DNA of 62,116 bases, counting the filler, from Chiloscyllium plagiosum (taxonomy: Eukaryota): assembly GCF_004010195.1 (NCBI RefSeq). It is 4 parts of one record of this genome, joined end to end, with 100 filler letters (N's around TTAATTAATTAA, not from the genome) between each part and the next. Parts side by side here need not be neighbours in the genome. Positions count along the whole stretch, not along the records: positions 17,224 to 39,094 come from NC_057714.1; 3 more parts are not named here. The stretch is one strand, 5' to 3'. Made by a program: the position numbers and the translations under genes. Shown one piece after another: positions 25,576-36,355 of this stretch. Below the pieces are notes generated by a model. It made no database searches. It saw nothing but the letters and a program-made list of their open reading frames with translations, and was not told where the DNA came from. Numbering within the stretch: position 1 is the first letter of the stretch; each line of letters begins with the position of its first letter.

Positions 25576-27074
25576 TCTTCTGAGTCAGGCAGGCCTGGAT
25601 TCAAGTCCCACCTGCTCCCGAGGTGTGTAATAACATCGTTGAACAATTTGATTAGGAACTATCTGTAATAGATGTGAAGATTTGTTACATTGTTAAAATG
25701 TCTTCACTGGTCACCCTGAGGCTGTGAAAGGTGATATTTCTGAAAGTGGTGCCTGTAAGCAAACATATCTGAGCTAAACAAACAAATCCAGCTCATGATA
25801 CTTGCTGTTCACTCTTCATTCAATTCCGGGATAATTTGGAAGATTAGCTGGATCCACACCATAACTAAAGATCCACAAGAATCTACTTTGGAATGGAGGT
25901 CATTCGGGTCATTAGGCTGACTAGAGTGGATCTTCTGCAATCTGCCATTCAATCTGGCCTGGAGCTCCTTCAGGGCTTAGTCCTGACTGGACTAGGTGCC
26001 ATCCAGTCTGGCAATGAGCAGCTGCAGGGCTCAGTCCAGCTAAGGTTTACAGAATGGAGCAGAACACTGTGGCTAAATTGAGTCAGAACATTGTGTCTTT
26101 GCTGGAAAGAAACATTTCAAAAGTATGAGGAGTTCAATAAAATGTATTTACATACTGCATTTTTTTCTTATCTCTTTCCTTTTGCTGCACTTTTATGGCT
26201 CTGTGTTAATTATACAACGATTATAGTTCCTTCTAAAGATAAAAATTCTGAACTTGCAGATACAGGGAGAGGTCCCTACATTAAAAAGCAGCTACTGTTA
26301 GTGTACGGCACAATCTGGAGACAAGAGAAATCTGCTGCTCAATTCCATCAGTCATTACGTCTCTGTTTCTGTTTGTGGTTTCTGTATACAAGACACACAT
26401 ATGCAGTTCAGCTCCATAAATTACATGGAAGAGATGAGGATATAAATAGTTAAAAGACAGGCATTATATCTGGGAACTACCATTGTGCCAGTCACAATTT
26501 AAGCACATTTCTTGCAATTAGATTCTTTGGACACAGTCAGTTTGAATATGCCTATTGTGGGGAAAGATGCATCCAGCTGCAGAGTAACCTTTCAGGGTAT
26601 GAATGATATTTTTATTGCCACTGCCATCTTAAGGATTGCTGCCCCACTTGGGGACGACCGGACAAATTTGGTTATGTGATGTTTTGTCTATGGCATGTCT
26701 GGTCACATGGCACCTAACCACATCACAATCATGTGACATTGATCGCACGATACCTGCTCTTCAAGTAACTCACCTCCTACCTCATCTAAGCCTATCTACT
26801 GTCTAGAAAGTGTGCGATGGAGTTTACTGTTTACTTGCTCGGATGGGTGTAATGACACCCAAGAAGGCCAGGTCTATCCAGGGCAAATAATAGTGCTTGA
26901 CTGACATCCCATCATCAGCATTCTGTACCCCCTCCACTGATGCTCAGTAGCAACAGCATCTACTGTTATAATTCAAAAAGGATCCTTTAACATGACCTTC
27001 CAAACCTGAGACCTCTGCCACATGGAAAGACAGGGCAGCAGATACATGGAAACACACTACCAGCCCACAGCTGG

Positions 27075-27620
27075 AAGTCCGGTTTTGGTCCACCTTATCG
27101 AAAGGAAAGATATGCTGAAGGCAGTCTAGAGAAGATGCATTAGGTTGATCCTGGATATGGGGATGCTTTCTTGTGACAAGAGGTGGAATATTTTCGGCTT
27201 TACTCATTGGACTTTAAGAGAATGAGAGGAGACTTCATTAAAATAGATAGGATTCTTCGAGGGCTGGATAGGGTGAATGTGGAGAGGTTGCTTCTCCCTG
27301 TGGAAGAGTCTAGGTCCAGAGGACATCCTCTCAGAGTAAGGAGTCACCCATGACTGATAGAGAGGATGAGGAATTTCTTTCTCTCAGAATATGGTGAATC
27401 TGTGGAATCCTTTACCACGGAGGGTTGTTGAGTCTGGGTCATTTTGTATATTCAAAGCTGAGACCCACAGATTATTTTCAGTAAAGGTATCAAGGGTAAT
27501 GAAGAAAAGGCAGGAAAGCAAAGCTAAGGGTTATCAGGTTCACTAAGAGCTCACCAAATGGTGGAGCAGGCTCAATGGGCTGAATGGTCTACCTCTACTC
27601 CTACATCTTATATTCTTATG
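27075..27620 (+). mobile_element. Decayed CR1 3' end
   Basis: agaatgagaggagac(c)ttcatt, ggtgaatctgtggaat and a CR1-type 3' UTR. Confidence 0.7.
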
Positions 27621-28574
27621 GCTATAGCCTTACAAAGCATGTTTCCGCCCTCAAGCAACTGTCCGAGTGAAGTTTGCATATTCTCACTGTGTCTGCTTAT
27701 GCCTTGTTTTTATCTGACTGCTCCCCCTTCTCCTCCACCCTTGAATCAACCATCCCACCCAACAGCCTGGCTACCACCCCCAGCCCTGAGCACCCCATCT
27801 CTCCTGACAAATCAGCTAACCTCTGATCCAAATACCCCCTGCCCTACCTCTTCCATTCGTCCACTTGCCAACTCACTAACCCACCTCATAAACGAATAAA
27901 GTACGACCAGAATATGGCAGTGACTATCATCAAAAAGGGGTATTTCCTCTGGTAGCTCCAAATCTGCTAACTCTGCTGCAGAATGCTCAGCTCCAGACTG
28001 CAGATCTACCACAGGAAGCAGAAGGTGTTCTCTAGGAAATGCAAAGTACACTGGCAGCCTGCTTTTTGCAGAACGTGGCCACCTTTCCATCTCATGTGCT
28101 CAACCTCATGAACACAGCAGTGATGCCCGCCATATTGATCATGTGCTTGAAATTTCCAGGGTAATTAAGACAGCTGCACTAAAGATCAAACAGCTCCAAT
28201 CTTGACTTTGATGGTAAATGCTGAAAGGGTCTTCCAGAACATTACCTAAACCCTGGGCTTTCTCTTTGCACACAGCAGGAAGAATGTTGAAGCACAGTCC
28301 CAGGATAGTGTCTGTTGCCTGGTTCCATGGATCAGGCACCTATTCTACCCTTTCAGTGTGCCTACAGCCCTACCAACCTCTTGACCAATGGCCTTGCTGG
28401 TGAAAGATGGCAGTGACTCAGCCTAGACTGAGAAATTGTAGTCTGCGGTTTGTTTGAAGTTCTCCATTATGGTCATCCAAAGTGTTCTCATTGGAAGTTC
28501 AGCAAACCCTCCACATCTCAAACTGTAAACACAATATTTTCAAACACTGTAAATGGAAAAGAAGACTAGTTGGC

Positions 28575-28860
28575 ATCGCCAGGGACCTGGATTCGATTCC
28601 TTCCTCGGGCGACTGCCTGTGTGGAGTTTGCACATTCTCCCTGTGTCTGTGTGGGTGTCCTCTGGGTGCTCTGATTTCCTCCCACCGTCCAAAGATGTGC
28701 AGGTTAGGTGAATTGGTTATGCTAAATTGCCCATAGTGTTAGGTGCATTAGTCAGGGATAAATATTGGGTAGGGTAATGGGTGTGGGTGGGTTACTCTTC
28801 GGAAGTTCGGTGTGGACTTGTTGGGCCAAATGACCTATTTCCATACTTTAGGGAATCTAA
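28575..28860 (+). mobile_element. HE1-type SINE
   Basis: gccagggacctggattcgattcc (B box)...gtggagtttgcacattctccc... and tail ggaatctaa. Confidence 0.8.
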
Positions 28861-31800
28861 AAAGGCTGGCAAAGTGGCTTGTTCAATGATAATTCATAAT
28901 GGTTTCTCAAATTAGAGGAGTAAAAATAATTTGTTTTGTTTTCATTATGAATTACATGGTGATGGTTTTATTTGTAGTGCAGCAAGGGTGTTATGTATGA
29001 GATTGAACTGAAAGGGTGTTAATAAGGATGATGAAGGTACAGAGAAGGATGTTGGCTCTATTGGTGGTTAGAAGATGGTTCATGTGAAGTCATCTTGAAT
29101 AAGCTGATCCCTCAGGCTTTGGCAGCTGAAAGTACGAAAGGGTAAAGGTTAATCCTCTTCTGCTTTCTTTTCTTTTTAATTCATAGTCCAGATCTGGGCA
29201 TTGTTGACTACTCCAGCATTTATTGCCTATCCATGATTGCCCTTGAGGAGGTGGTGGTGAACTACCCTTTTAAATAGCTGAAGTCCACATGCTATAGGTG
29301 CTGTTAGAGAGGGAGTTTCAAGATTTGACCTATCAACAGTTTCAGAAAGGCATTATAGCTGCAAGTGGTTTGAAGGAGAATTTGTAGATGGTGCTGTTGT
29401 CTTGTATCAGCTGCTGTTGTCCTTCTAGGTGGATAGAGATTATGGGCTTGGAAGGTGTAGTTGAGGTGAGTTACTGCAAAGCATCTTGTAAATAGTATAC
29501 CCTTCTGCCCCTGTACATCAGTGATGGAGGGAGTGTATGCTGGACACGATGGATAAGGTAAAAACAAGAACTGCAGATGCTAGAAACCAGAGTCTAGATT
29601 AGAGTGGTGCTGGAAAAGCACAGCAGGTCAGGCAGCATATGAGGAGCAGGAAAGTCGGCGTTTCAGGCAAAAGCCCTTCCTCAGGAATACTTGATGATGG
29701 ATAAGGTGCCATTTAAACAGAATGTATTGTCTTGGATGGTTATGATCTTCTTAGCCATTGTTGGAATTCCACTAACTGAGATGACAAGGAGTCAAACAAT
29801 TAATGGTCTTAATTGTGTAAGGCCATAGCTTTTTTTTTTAATTTGTTCATGCAAAACAAATGACCTGCCAATTAATTGCATCTTGATGCCAGATGGGTGG
29901 CACTTGTTGGGTGCAGGATTAACACAATTGTCCCTAGCAGTGCCTCACAGTCAAAGAATTATGTTCTGCATAGACAGTTACCAGTGACTTACTACTCCAC
30001 GTGCAGCGGAAGCCATTTTGTCACATTATTGTGTGGCCAAATTTTTATTGATGGCGGCACAATTTCACACTTGTATCCTTGTGACAGCCTGTGCCTTAGA
30101 TGCACAATGATCCCCCTAACCTTCATGATCCCTTTTGTGTTGCTTTCCGTGCATTCCTGATGACTTTCAGCCCACCCCTCCTTGTTTAGCCCCATTATAT
30201 CAGTGTTAATATCACCAGTTAACTCCTAAGCCCATAGCTTTGTGAATTACCATGTCCTAGTTGGCCAGACATTCACTTCACGTGGTGGTCAGAGAGATTG
30301 TGGCCTATGAAACTCCCACTCCTGAAGCTCCCCATTCTCTCCAATGGTCTATGACACCCTGTCATTCTATTTTAAATTGTTCACTTTCACTATCACCATT
30401 CCCTTAATGTGTCAATCCAATGAACCCCAATCACAGACTGGAAATTCCCCGTTTTCCTAGGATTCCATGGACTGACCCCTGATAATCCCCTGACCAATAA
30501 TTTCCAAACTCTTTGAGCTAACTAAACTTAGCCCCAGCCTGACTACATGGGACTGCCTCAATGGAGAGTGACCCAGCCTCTGGACTGATGTCTTGTTGGA
30601 ACATCACGTGATGCACCTGTTATTTCTGGACTAGTTGCACTTGATCTACTGGACTGACCCTGGACCAACCCCTAAGACTTCAGAAGCATTCATCCCCAAC
30701 CTTTGGTAGGGCCAAGCATCTGATGGACTATGGCCAAGTAACTATGCTGATTTTCTGATCAGGAATTGATGCCATTTTGATTTCTCAGGGAAGGTGGGAG
30801 ATTTGGGAGCTGGTTAACCAATAACGAAATTGCCACTGTTGTAAATAAGGTAGTCGCTGCTCATTAAGATGTTAAGTATCATGATCTAAGATGGCGGCAG
30901 AGTAGGACTCCTCATCCACTCTGTCCATTTCTTTCCTTTTTTTCTTTTTCGTGTCTTTTTCCTCTTCTTTCTTCTTACTTCTCATTCTTTAGCCTCAAGG
31001 TGAAGCCAACGCAGATCCTGACACCATTGAATTCTAGGCCCAATTATAAGTCATGACAGCTGACTCAGTATCTAAGGATTAAATGATAACTATTTCATGT
31101 TTAATTGATTACAGAGAATATCAGAAACAAAAAGGCTTTCGGATTTTGGATCTTTAAGAAGAAAAAATACTAAAGGAAAAGAAATGTGGAAATGAGGGAA
31201 GATGCAGGAAAGGCACTGCATACAATGTCCAGAAAAAGAATCAATAACAAGTTAAAGAAGCTGTGCTTCTGCTAACTGCCTCTAGTGGGCACCACCTGCA
31301 GCTCAGCTGCGATGCCATTGGTCATTTTGGAAGCATCAGGCCACTGTAGTGGAAAGGCATGCAAATATCTCAAGTAATGAAAATACCCTTTGAAGAAGAA
31401 ACAGAAACAACTAAATACTATATAGGATTGCCTCGATACTGCACTGTAATTACAAAGTCGGCTGACTTTACCCTAAAATAAGAAATAAGATTTGTGTGTG
31501 GAATGTGAAGGCTATAATTGGTCTAAGAAAGACTGGTTAAGACTAGCCACATTCAAAATATTCAGAAGAATGGAAGTGAACAGGCCTTAACTGTTAATTA
31601 TAAAGAAGAAGAGTTAATGATAAAGTAAATCTAATTTTAGATAATGAGAGACCTGAGTTGGGTTTAGGTGAAGATCTAAGACTTAAGGGGAGAGATTCCT
31701 ACAACATAGAATGGGTGTGGATTATTAGGGTAAGAAAATGTATATGGAATTATTACTTCAATAAATTGATTGATGCTTACTCACGATAAAATGGAGAATG

Positions 31801-33272
31801 GGCTTGATTCAGCATCTTTGGTGAAGGTGAGCAGAAAAGAGATAGTGAGGGGATAAATAGTGAAGGAATATGAGCAGAGTAGAAGTGTATCACACAAACT
31901 AATCTACAGTATTTCTGAAATAGCCTGAATAATTTACATACTCCCAGTGATGCAGCCAAATGTTACCTTACAGTTTATTACTGAATTGCCTCACTGTTAC
32001 TTTGAGATAGCATTACGGGCAGCATAGATCAAAGCAGGAAACGCTCACAGTGAAAGCTCTGCAGGGTGAACTCAGTGTTTCTGGGCGATGTTTAAGTAAC
32101 ACAATTTCCATGTGTAATGGGAGACCAAAGACTAGACACCAGTCCAAATGAGCAGACAGCATCTTTTCAACTTTCACTTTTCTGGTTCTGCACACTGTAG
32201 GCATAAAAGAGGAATACTTAGAGGTAGTGTAATACATTCCTAACATTTAATACATTTTATCCCTTTGAAAAAAGATCCTCTTAAACATACTATTACACTA
32301 TTATTCATTCAGGCACGTTTTCCTTTGAATGCTTTAAGCTAATGTGACAGTTGGTCTCATTAAATGAGAAGTGCCAGTCAGATGTGAAATTGACCTCTGA
32401 ATGTTGCTCCTTATTCTGTAAATACTTCCATAATACGAGGCAGGGCCTGGTGCTCTGAGCCAGACTGCCTGTTCCGTGCTTGACTGATTTACTTGTCTAG
32501 GTGTCAAGGTACAGCTCCTGTTTGTAACTCCATCAGTCGGCTGGTATTTCCTGTGCAGAAAACCTGATGGTCTGAGTGAGGTCCTTCCCTTGACCTCGAC
32601 ACGACACTGGGCCATGAATAACTGGGTTTGTTAACTGCCCTCCGCGCTATGTTGTCTCTGAGGAAGTCTTCTGTTAAGCGGCAAAGAGTTTTCCATTTCA
32701 TTGCCACAAACGCCAGCTGCTTGTTATTTCACTTGGCTCAGCCTATAGAGCTAATGGGATGTTTTATTTCCAGTACGAGCTTCCTGCTTTGCTAACTGAC
32801 TGAGACTGCTCCCACTCCACCCACCCCCCCCCTCCACCCCCAACCTTTAAGTCAAGCCTCCAGAACCCATCAAGTAAATGTTGAAGGACTCATTCAGCGA
32901 GGGCTGTGAGAGAGGCTGCTTAGCGAGCTCAGGAAGAGGTCAGATAAAGTCAGATACCCTATAATTGAGGGGCCTTCACTTTTGTTGCTTTTATAAGGTA
33001 TGCGTTGTTTTTCTTACGAATTTTATTCCTTCCTAACTTGAAGGGATTAGGAAAAGCTGGAGCGCAAATTCAAGGATGTGCGTCCTGTACCTTCCTGTGT
33101 TTCAGCCGGGGGACAATGATTGATGCTATGACCATCAAGGGTCAACAGTTCATTCAAAAGGCTAAGAGGACAGGCCACTCCAGAGATTCCTGCTTGCTTA
33201 GATCTTCCTGCAGTCACAGGCAAATTTGAGAGAGAGGTGAAACATTGGGTTGTATCCTGGGAAGCATGAGTC

Positions 33273-33482
33273 AAGTCACCATAGTCTCATTAGCCCATAT
33301 GGCTTCTCTCTCCTTAGGGAGAGATGACTGGTGGTGATTTAACCTGAGGGTTACTACACCTCAAGCAGGGGGAGAGGGAGACTCTGTCAAGGTAACCTCA
33401 GCCAGTGTAGGAATTGGACTCATGCTGTTGAGTATCACACTGCTTTGCGAACCAACCTACCAGCCAACTGAGCTAAACCAGC
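33273..33482 (-). mobile_element. tRNA-derived SINE of a second family
   Basis: Reverse complement of the family at 45692-45912 (ttagctcagttggctgg head; ctcaggttaaa.caccaccagtcat core). Confidence 0.6.
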
Positions 33483-34090
33483 CCCCTGGGAACATGAGTA
33501 GGCCATTTGACACTCCAACTTGTTTTACCATTCAGTTAGGTCAAGGTAGATCCAGCTCCCTTTACCTGCCATGTGTCCAAGTTCCAGTCGACTAACCAAA
33601 CAAAAATCTACTCATCTCAGTCTTGACACTCTCACTTGACTCAGCATTCATTGTCTATAGGAAGTTTCAGCTTTCCAGGGCTGAACTTTGCCACTGTAAC
33701 TTTGACCAGTTTTTTCAGATTAAGGTTCATTTATTATGCAGGGTGTATTCCCTTTCAAATCACAGGCACCACAGTATCCCGTGAAGGGGGTGGGTTGGTC
33801 TCTTAAAGAGGGGGTGGGTTGGTCTCATGGAGGCCGACCTGCAGGCAGTCAATGGATGACCTTAACTTCCAGCCTGAATTACTTGCAGCAGTGGTGAAGA
33901 GGTACAGAGAACAAATATTGGTTCAGGAACAAAGCTTTAGGCCCCACCCAGCTAGTTTTGTCCATTTTGTACCTAATAGCAAGATAGCTGAGGAAAGTAG
34001 GGCACAGACTCTCTGATATAAAAACAGAAAGTAATGAGGAAACTCAACAAGTCTGGCAGCATCCCCGGAGAGAAAACCCAAGTTTATATT

Positions 34091-34736
34091 TTGGTAACGG
34101 GAGACCGACCTCTGTGGAATTGTTTCACTGTCCTTCTATAACAGCTAAAGACCACCCTAACCGGAAACTAGAGGTCCTACTCTTACTCAAAGGAATTCAG
34201 CACGGTGACACAGTGGTTAGCACTGCTGCCTTACAGTGCCAGAGACCCGGGTTCAATTCCCGCCTCAGGTGACTGACTGTGTGGAGTTTGCCCATTCTCC
34301 CTATGTCTGTGTGGGTTTCCTCCGGGTGCTCCGGTTTCCTCCCACAGTCCAAAAATGTGCAGGTTAGATGAATTGACTGTGCTAAATTGCCCGTAGTGTT
34401 AGGTGAAGGGGTAAATGTAGGGGAATGGGTCTGGGTGGGTTGCGCTTCGGCGGGTCGGTGTAGACTTGTTGGGCCGAAGAGCCTGTTTCCACACTGTAAG
34501 TAATCTAATCTAATTTGGAGTCTTAAATGACACTTCTTCAGAACTGGAACAGAAACCAAATCCAGAAAGATTGCATTGCAAGGCTTCTGTGGCATGCAGG
34601 GATCAATTCCCCTGCAGAATTCGATGCTGAATTCCTTTGGGTAAGAGTAGGACCTCTAGTTTCCGGTTAAGGTGGTCTTCAGCTGTTATAGAAGGTCAGT
34701 GAAACAATTCCACAGAGGCCGGTCTCCCATCACCAA
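34091..34736. repeat. 112-bp inverted repeat: 34091-34202 vs 34625-34736
   Basis: Manual alignment gives 7 mismatches in 112 bp with no gaps. Confidence 0.95.
34199..34513 (+). mobile_element. Near full-length HE1-type SINE
   Basis: gcacggtgacacagtggttagcactgctgcc head, gggttcaattcc B box and taatctaatctaat tail. Confidence 0.9.
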
Positions 34737-34813
34737 ATCACCCTTTCAATACACATGGAGAATCCTTGACACTGATCCAGCTCTCAGAGTGAACAGGATG
34801 TCTGACACTCCTG
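34700..34813 (-). mobile_element. 3' half of an LTR (Tx1 target family)
   Basis: Minus strand reads CAGGAGTGTCAGACATCCTG...TGTGGAATTGTTTCA; homologous to 56506-56638. Confidence 0.75.
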
Positions 34814-34833
34814 GTTTTTTTTACACACTCCTG

Positions 34834-35347
34834 TTCTTTTTTGTTCCCCACACTACAGCCTAACTGCGGTAGTGCTTATTTTTCCCCAGCACCCATGTAG
34901 TGTCTTCAAGTGTGAGACATGGTGAAGAACATCAGGTGTACAAATCCTTGTTCAATTTCCACTGCCAGGAAGGAAAGAAACACCCGAGTGGCCAGCGACA
35001 AGCAGTGCCCTTCACATCAAAGGGCAATGCTGCGTGATCAAACAGTGAAGGGGAGGGCAGGGGTTAAATCAAAATAGAGTTGGAGGGGGAGACACTCGTG
35101 TTTTTTTTTATATTTTGGTTTTTAAATTTTTTTTCCTTTTTTACCCCCACACTACCGCCTAACTGTGGTAGTGCTTATTTTTTCCCCCGCACCCATGTTG
35201 TGTGCGTGCAGGTGGGAGACACAGTGAAAGACACGAGGTGTACAAATCTTTATTCAGTTTTTCCCACCAGGAAGAAAAGAAACATCCAAGTGGCCAGTGA
35301 CAAGCAGTGCCCATCTACACTTGTGCTTATTTATTTCTTTCTTTTTT
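34834..35347 (-). mobile_element. Two stacked 5'-truncated Tx1-clade LINE 3' ends plus a further A-tail
   Basis: Copies at 34834-35090 (ends ORF2 SPSNSILI*) and 35101-35316. Each has the CACTACCGC..GYRGTAGTG hairpin and an A-tail, and they are separated by ACACTYSTG motifs. Confidence 0.8.
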
Positions 35348-35526
35348 AACCCAGGAAACAAAACAATTACAACAAGCAATAAAGAAAACCAAAGATCTAC
35401 CTGAAACATGCGGTAGAGAAAAAAGGAAAACTCTCTTCCTCAGTAGGAAACCCAACAGCAGTAATAACACACTGACTGTGTGGTTCAGGCAGATCAGAAG
35501 TCAGTTCCCCCCCTCCCCAACACAAA

Positions 35527-35823
35527 ATGGAGAGTCCCTCAACGCTAATCTAGCTCTTAGAGTGAAAAGAACCTCTGACACTCCTGTTTATTTCTTATTT
35601 CTTTTTTTTTCTTTTTCTTTTACACTACCGCCTGACTGCGCTAGTGCTTATTTTTTCCCCAGTACCGATGTTGTGTGTGTGCAGGTGTGAGACACAGTGA
35701 AAGACACAAGATGTACAAATCTTTATTCAAATTTCCACCACCAGGAAGAAAACAAACACCCAAATGGCCAGTGACAAGCAATGCCCTTCTACACTCGCGT
35801 TTTTTTCTTTTTTTCTTTTTTTT
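35527..35823 (-). mobile_element. LTR fragment (35527-35590) abutting another Tx1 3' end (about 35591-35789) and a further A-tail
   Basis: ACACTCCTGTTTAT at 35578 directly next to the tail; ACACTCGCG at 35791. Confidence 0.75.
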
Positions 35824-35949
35824 CAAGTGTAGCCTCCAACTGAGTAGTCTCTAGTTTCTAAAAAGTTGTACTGGTGAAATAGAAGTATCGTTCACTTCAC
35901 TTGGAGTCTTTAGACTTAACAAAGAAGTGTCCAGGAGTTCAAACCCTCT

Positions 35950-36355
35950 TGAAATAACTCCACAGAGGCTGGTATCCCATCACCCCGAGTGGCCAGAGAC
36001 AAGCAGTGCCCTTCACATCAAAGGGCAATGCTGCGTGATCAAACAGTGAAGGGGAGGGCAGGGATCAAATCAAAATGCAGTTGGAGGGGGAAATAATGCA
36101 CTCCACTCCCTGCGGCGCCCACCTCTCCCTGAACAACTCCAGGGTGTTGGTGGACACTGCGTGCTCCTTCTCCAGAGACTCCCAGGCTCTAATGTAACCA
36201 CGGAAGAGGGGCAGGCAGTCAGCCCTAACAACCCCCTCCACGGCCCGCTGCAATATACTCATGTATCTATCAGCCAGGGCTCCGTGATTGGACCAGATTA
36301 ACAGCCACTCATATTCAATGAGGTCCATCTGGCTGACCTCATTATTACCACTATA
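35950..36355 (-). mobile_element. LTR interrupted by a 5'-truncated Tx1 LINE (ORF2 C-terminus about 36251-36065)
   Basis: LTR 5' half 36355-36263 has a CCAAT box. Then QRAVEGVVRADCLPLFRGYIRA..SLEKEHAVSTNTLELFRERWAPQGVECIISPSNCILI*, the 3' UTR, and a deletion join to the LTR end ...GGAGTTATTTCA. Confidence 0.8.

Noticed and set aside
27812..28090. 92-aa acidic ORF on the minus strand
   Set aside because: No recognisable homology and no fit to the APBB1IP exon structure.
31275..31292. CTCF-like motif (minus strand CCACTAGAGGCAG)
   Set aside because: It is one base short of the CCACYAGRKGGCR core spacing.
34199..34270. tRNA genes at SINE heads (also near 45692 and 49870)
   Set aside because: The A and B boxes continue into SINE bodies and tails, so these are tRNA-derived SINE heads, not tRNA genes.
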